A stretch of 43,681 nucleotides of DNA from Minisyncoccota bacterium (GTDB lineage Bacteria > Patescibacteriota > Minisyncoccia > Phycocordibacterales > JAACPR01). Made by a program: the position numbers and the translations under genes. Shown here in pieces: positions 41,858 through 43,681 of the stretch. The stretch spans positions 1 through 43,681 of the forward strand of contig JAGOTN010000002.1 of NCBI GenBank assembly GCA_018061745.1, written 5' to 3'. Under the pieces are notes generated by a model, which was not told the origin of the DNA, did not search any database, and was given only the letters and a program-made list of their open reading frames with translations. Each line of letters opens with the position of its first letter. The stretch's first letter is position 1.

Positions 41858-43681
41858 TTAAACTTGAGGAACACCTTCCGACAAATTCATTTTTGCACGC
41901 GGGCGTATAGAAATCCCGTGTGCAATTAAAATTTGTTCATAGTCATCTCTCTCAAGAACTTCCACTTCCAAAAGTCTTTTTGCAATTGCATCAAGAACAT
42001 TTCTTTTATCATTCAAAACGTCAGTTGCTGTTTTCAATCCAGTCTCAACAATTCTTCGGATTTCTCCATCAACTTCAGAACTAATTTTCTCAGAAAAATC
42101 TTTTCCATCAACCCCTGGAGCACCTGAAATTGTTCTCCCTTCTGATTCAAGTGCAACGGGTCCAATCGCTTCACTCATACCATAACGAGTCACCATACTT
42201 CGCGCAAGCATTGAAGCTACTTGCAAATCATTTGAAGGACCAGTTGTCACATCTCCAAAAACAATCATCTCTGCAGCATAACCACCAAAAGTCATCGCAA
42301 TATCATCAATAAATTCTGCGCGAGAATGTAAACTTTTTTCAAGCTCAGGAAGTTTCATTGTATAACCACCAGATCGTCCTCGAGAAATAATTGAAATTTT
42401 ATGAACAGGATCTGCATTTGGTAAAACAGAAGAAACAAGCGCGTGCCCCGCTTCGTGATACGCAACAATTTCTCTTTCTTTTCCTGTAATCAAATGACTT
42501 CTTCTTTCAGGTCCAAGCATTACTTTTTCAATTGAGCGAATTAAATCAAATTGAGCAACGCTTTTTCTTTCTTCGCGCGCAGCTAAAATAGCAGACTCAT
42601 TAACAAGAGAATATAAATCAGCTCCAGAAAATCCCGGTGTTCGATGTGCAATCAAATCCAAATCAACATCTTCAGCAAGAGGTTTTCCACGTGCATGAAT
42701 TTTCAAAATCTCTAGACGATCATTTCTATCAGGTAAATCAATCATCACTCGTCTATCAAATCTTCCTGGTCGTAAAATTGCAGGATCTAAAACATCTGGT
42801 CTGTTTGTCGCAGCCATAACAATAACTTTTTCATTTGGCTCAAAACCATCCATCTCAACAAGAATTTGATTTAAAGTTTGTTCACGCTCATCGTTTCCAC
42901 CTCCGATTCCAACACCACGAGAACGCCCTACAGCATCAATCTCATCAATAAAAATAATTGCAGGTGCATTATCTTTTGCAGCCTTAAATAAATCTCTCAC
43001 TCGACTTGCTCCAACTCCCACAAACATTTCCACAAACTCAGATCCTGAAATTGAAAAGAATGCCACGCCAGCTTCCCCAGCCACAGCTCTCGCAAGTAAA
43101 GTTTTTCCAGTTCCCGGAGAACCCATTAACAAAACTCCTTTAGGAATTCGCGCACCGATATCCAAAAACTTTTTAGGATTTTTCAAAAAATCTACAATCT
43201 CCATCAATTCAACTTTTGCTTCTTTCACACCGGCCACATCTTTGAATGTAACTTTTTGTTTTCCATCTTTAGGATCAGACATTCGAGCTCGAGATTGTCC
43301 AAAAGTAAAAGCTTGCATGCTTGCCCCTTTCATTTGTCTTGATAAATACCAAATTAAAAGTCCAATGAAAATAATTGGTAGAAGAAACGGCAAAATATTT
43401 GCAGTCCAGAATAAAAATCCTGAAGGTTTTAGAATTTCAATATTTATTGAGCTCAACTGATCTGCTGTAACACCATAATATGTTAGAACTTCCGTAATTC
43501 CCGCTTCTGATTCTTTAGTTGTTGTTTTCTTCAAAGCTTCCTTTCCTTCTTCCGCTTTTAGCAAAACTTCAACAGCGTTGTTATCAACTGAAATTTTTTC
43601 AATTTTCCCTGCTTTCGCATCATTCGCAATCTCTGAAATAGAAACTTCTAAAATAGTAGTTCTTTGCTCCATAATAAAAGA
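41858..43681 (-). CDS. ftsH: ATP-dependent zinc metalloprotease FtsH (5' end probably beyond the right edge)
   Basis: [23 protein letters not shown] region and HEAGHAL motifs. Only one TM helix follows the extracytoplasmic domain. The frame stays open from ATG 43672 to the window end, so TM1 probably lies outside the window. Confidence 0.95.
   Translation of the reverse strand, partial: SFIMEQRTTILEVSISEIANDAKAGKIEKISVDNNAVEVLLKAEEGKEALKKTTTKESEAGITEVLTYYGVTADQLSSINIEILKPSGFLFWTANILPFLLPIIFIGLLIWYLSRQMKGASMQAFTFGQSRARMSDPKDGKQKVTFKDVAGVKEAKVELMEIVDFLKNPKKFLDIGARIPKGVLLMGSPGTGKTLLARAVAGEAGVAFFSISGSEFVEMFVGVGASRVRDLFKAAKDNAPAIIFIDEIDAVGRSRGVGIGGGNDEREQTLNQILVEMDGFEPNEKVIVMAATNRPDVLDPAILRPGRFDRRVMIDLPDRNDRLEILKIHARGKPLAEDVDLDLIAHRTPGFSGADLYSLVNESAILAAREERKSVAQFDLIRSIEKVMLGPERRSHLITGKEREIVAYHEAGHALVSSVLPNADPVHKISIISRGRSGGYTMKLPELEKSLHSRAEFIDDIAMTFGGYAAEMIVFGDVTTGPSNDLQVASMLARSMVTRYGMSEAIGPVALESEGRTISGAPGVDGKDFSEKISSEVDGEIRRIVETGLKTATDVLNDKRNVLDAIAKRLLEVEVLERDDYEQILIAHGISIRPRAKMNLSEGVPQV

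Noticed and set aside
41858-43672. FtsH lacking its first TM helix (possible N-terminal truncation or pseudogene)
   Set aside because: The reading frame stays open upstream of ATG 43672 to the window edge, so the missing TM1 is most simply outside the window.
1-43681. Alternative genetic code (UGA read as Gly, as in Gracilibacteria/Absconditabacteria)
   Set aside because: TGA terminates the GT2 gene (12626-12628) and the ATPase gene (38378-38380) at sensible lengths. All family-recognisable ORFs are full length in code 11.
1-43681. CRISPR arrays, IS elements, transposases, integrases, prophage genes
   Set aside because: I found no regularly spaced direct repeats and no ORF with DDE, tyrosine or serine recombinase motifs. 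No copy of either tRNA 3' end that could mark an att site was found by eye.

Overview
This is a 43.7-kb, A+T-rich, very gene-dense bacterial chromosomal segment. It reads cleanly in the standard code, with TGA used as a stop at 12626-12628 and 38378-38380. The gene content suggests a small-genome Patescibacteria/CPR-type organism: split transketolase, minimal central-carbon genes, a secretin-less type IV pilus operon, ComFC, and large lineage-specific surface proteins. That taxonomic call is inference only. Core genes are rpmE, L25/Ctc, a coiled-coil lytic transglycosylase, an FAD-linked oxidase, class II FBA, a PfkB kinase, one pilin, split tkt, Rpe-like plus RpiB, GAPDH and GatB. Also core are the operon pilM-pilN-pilO-x-pilB-receiver-pilT-pilC, ComFC, tRNA-Ser(GCU), RecG, tRNA-Ile(UAU) and FtsH, which runs off the right edge. 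Four regions deserve a second look. (i) 9711-18462 is a surface-glycan locus with a GT-C-like membrane protein, a DPM-synthase-like GT2, a GT4, Wzm/Wzt-type ABC exporter genes and a ~1090-aa enzyme with two tandem sulfotransferase-like domains. It is packed into the pentose-phosphate gene string. (ii) 31166-38380 holds three large genes: a double-ectodomain membrane protein, a Lys/Glu-rich cytoplasmic protein, and a soluble coupling-protein-like ATPase that abuts recG. I cannot map this set to a described system. (iii) 40588-40908 is a ~320-nt, ~50% G+C non-coding island with promoter-like and T-run boundaries. It is probably a structured RNA or long leader, and two small self-terminated genes follow it. 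(iv) The tRNA at 41769-41841 has anticodon UAU. I saw no CRISPR array, transposase, integrase or rRNA. All functional calls rest on motifs read by eye from the translations; no database search was possible.
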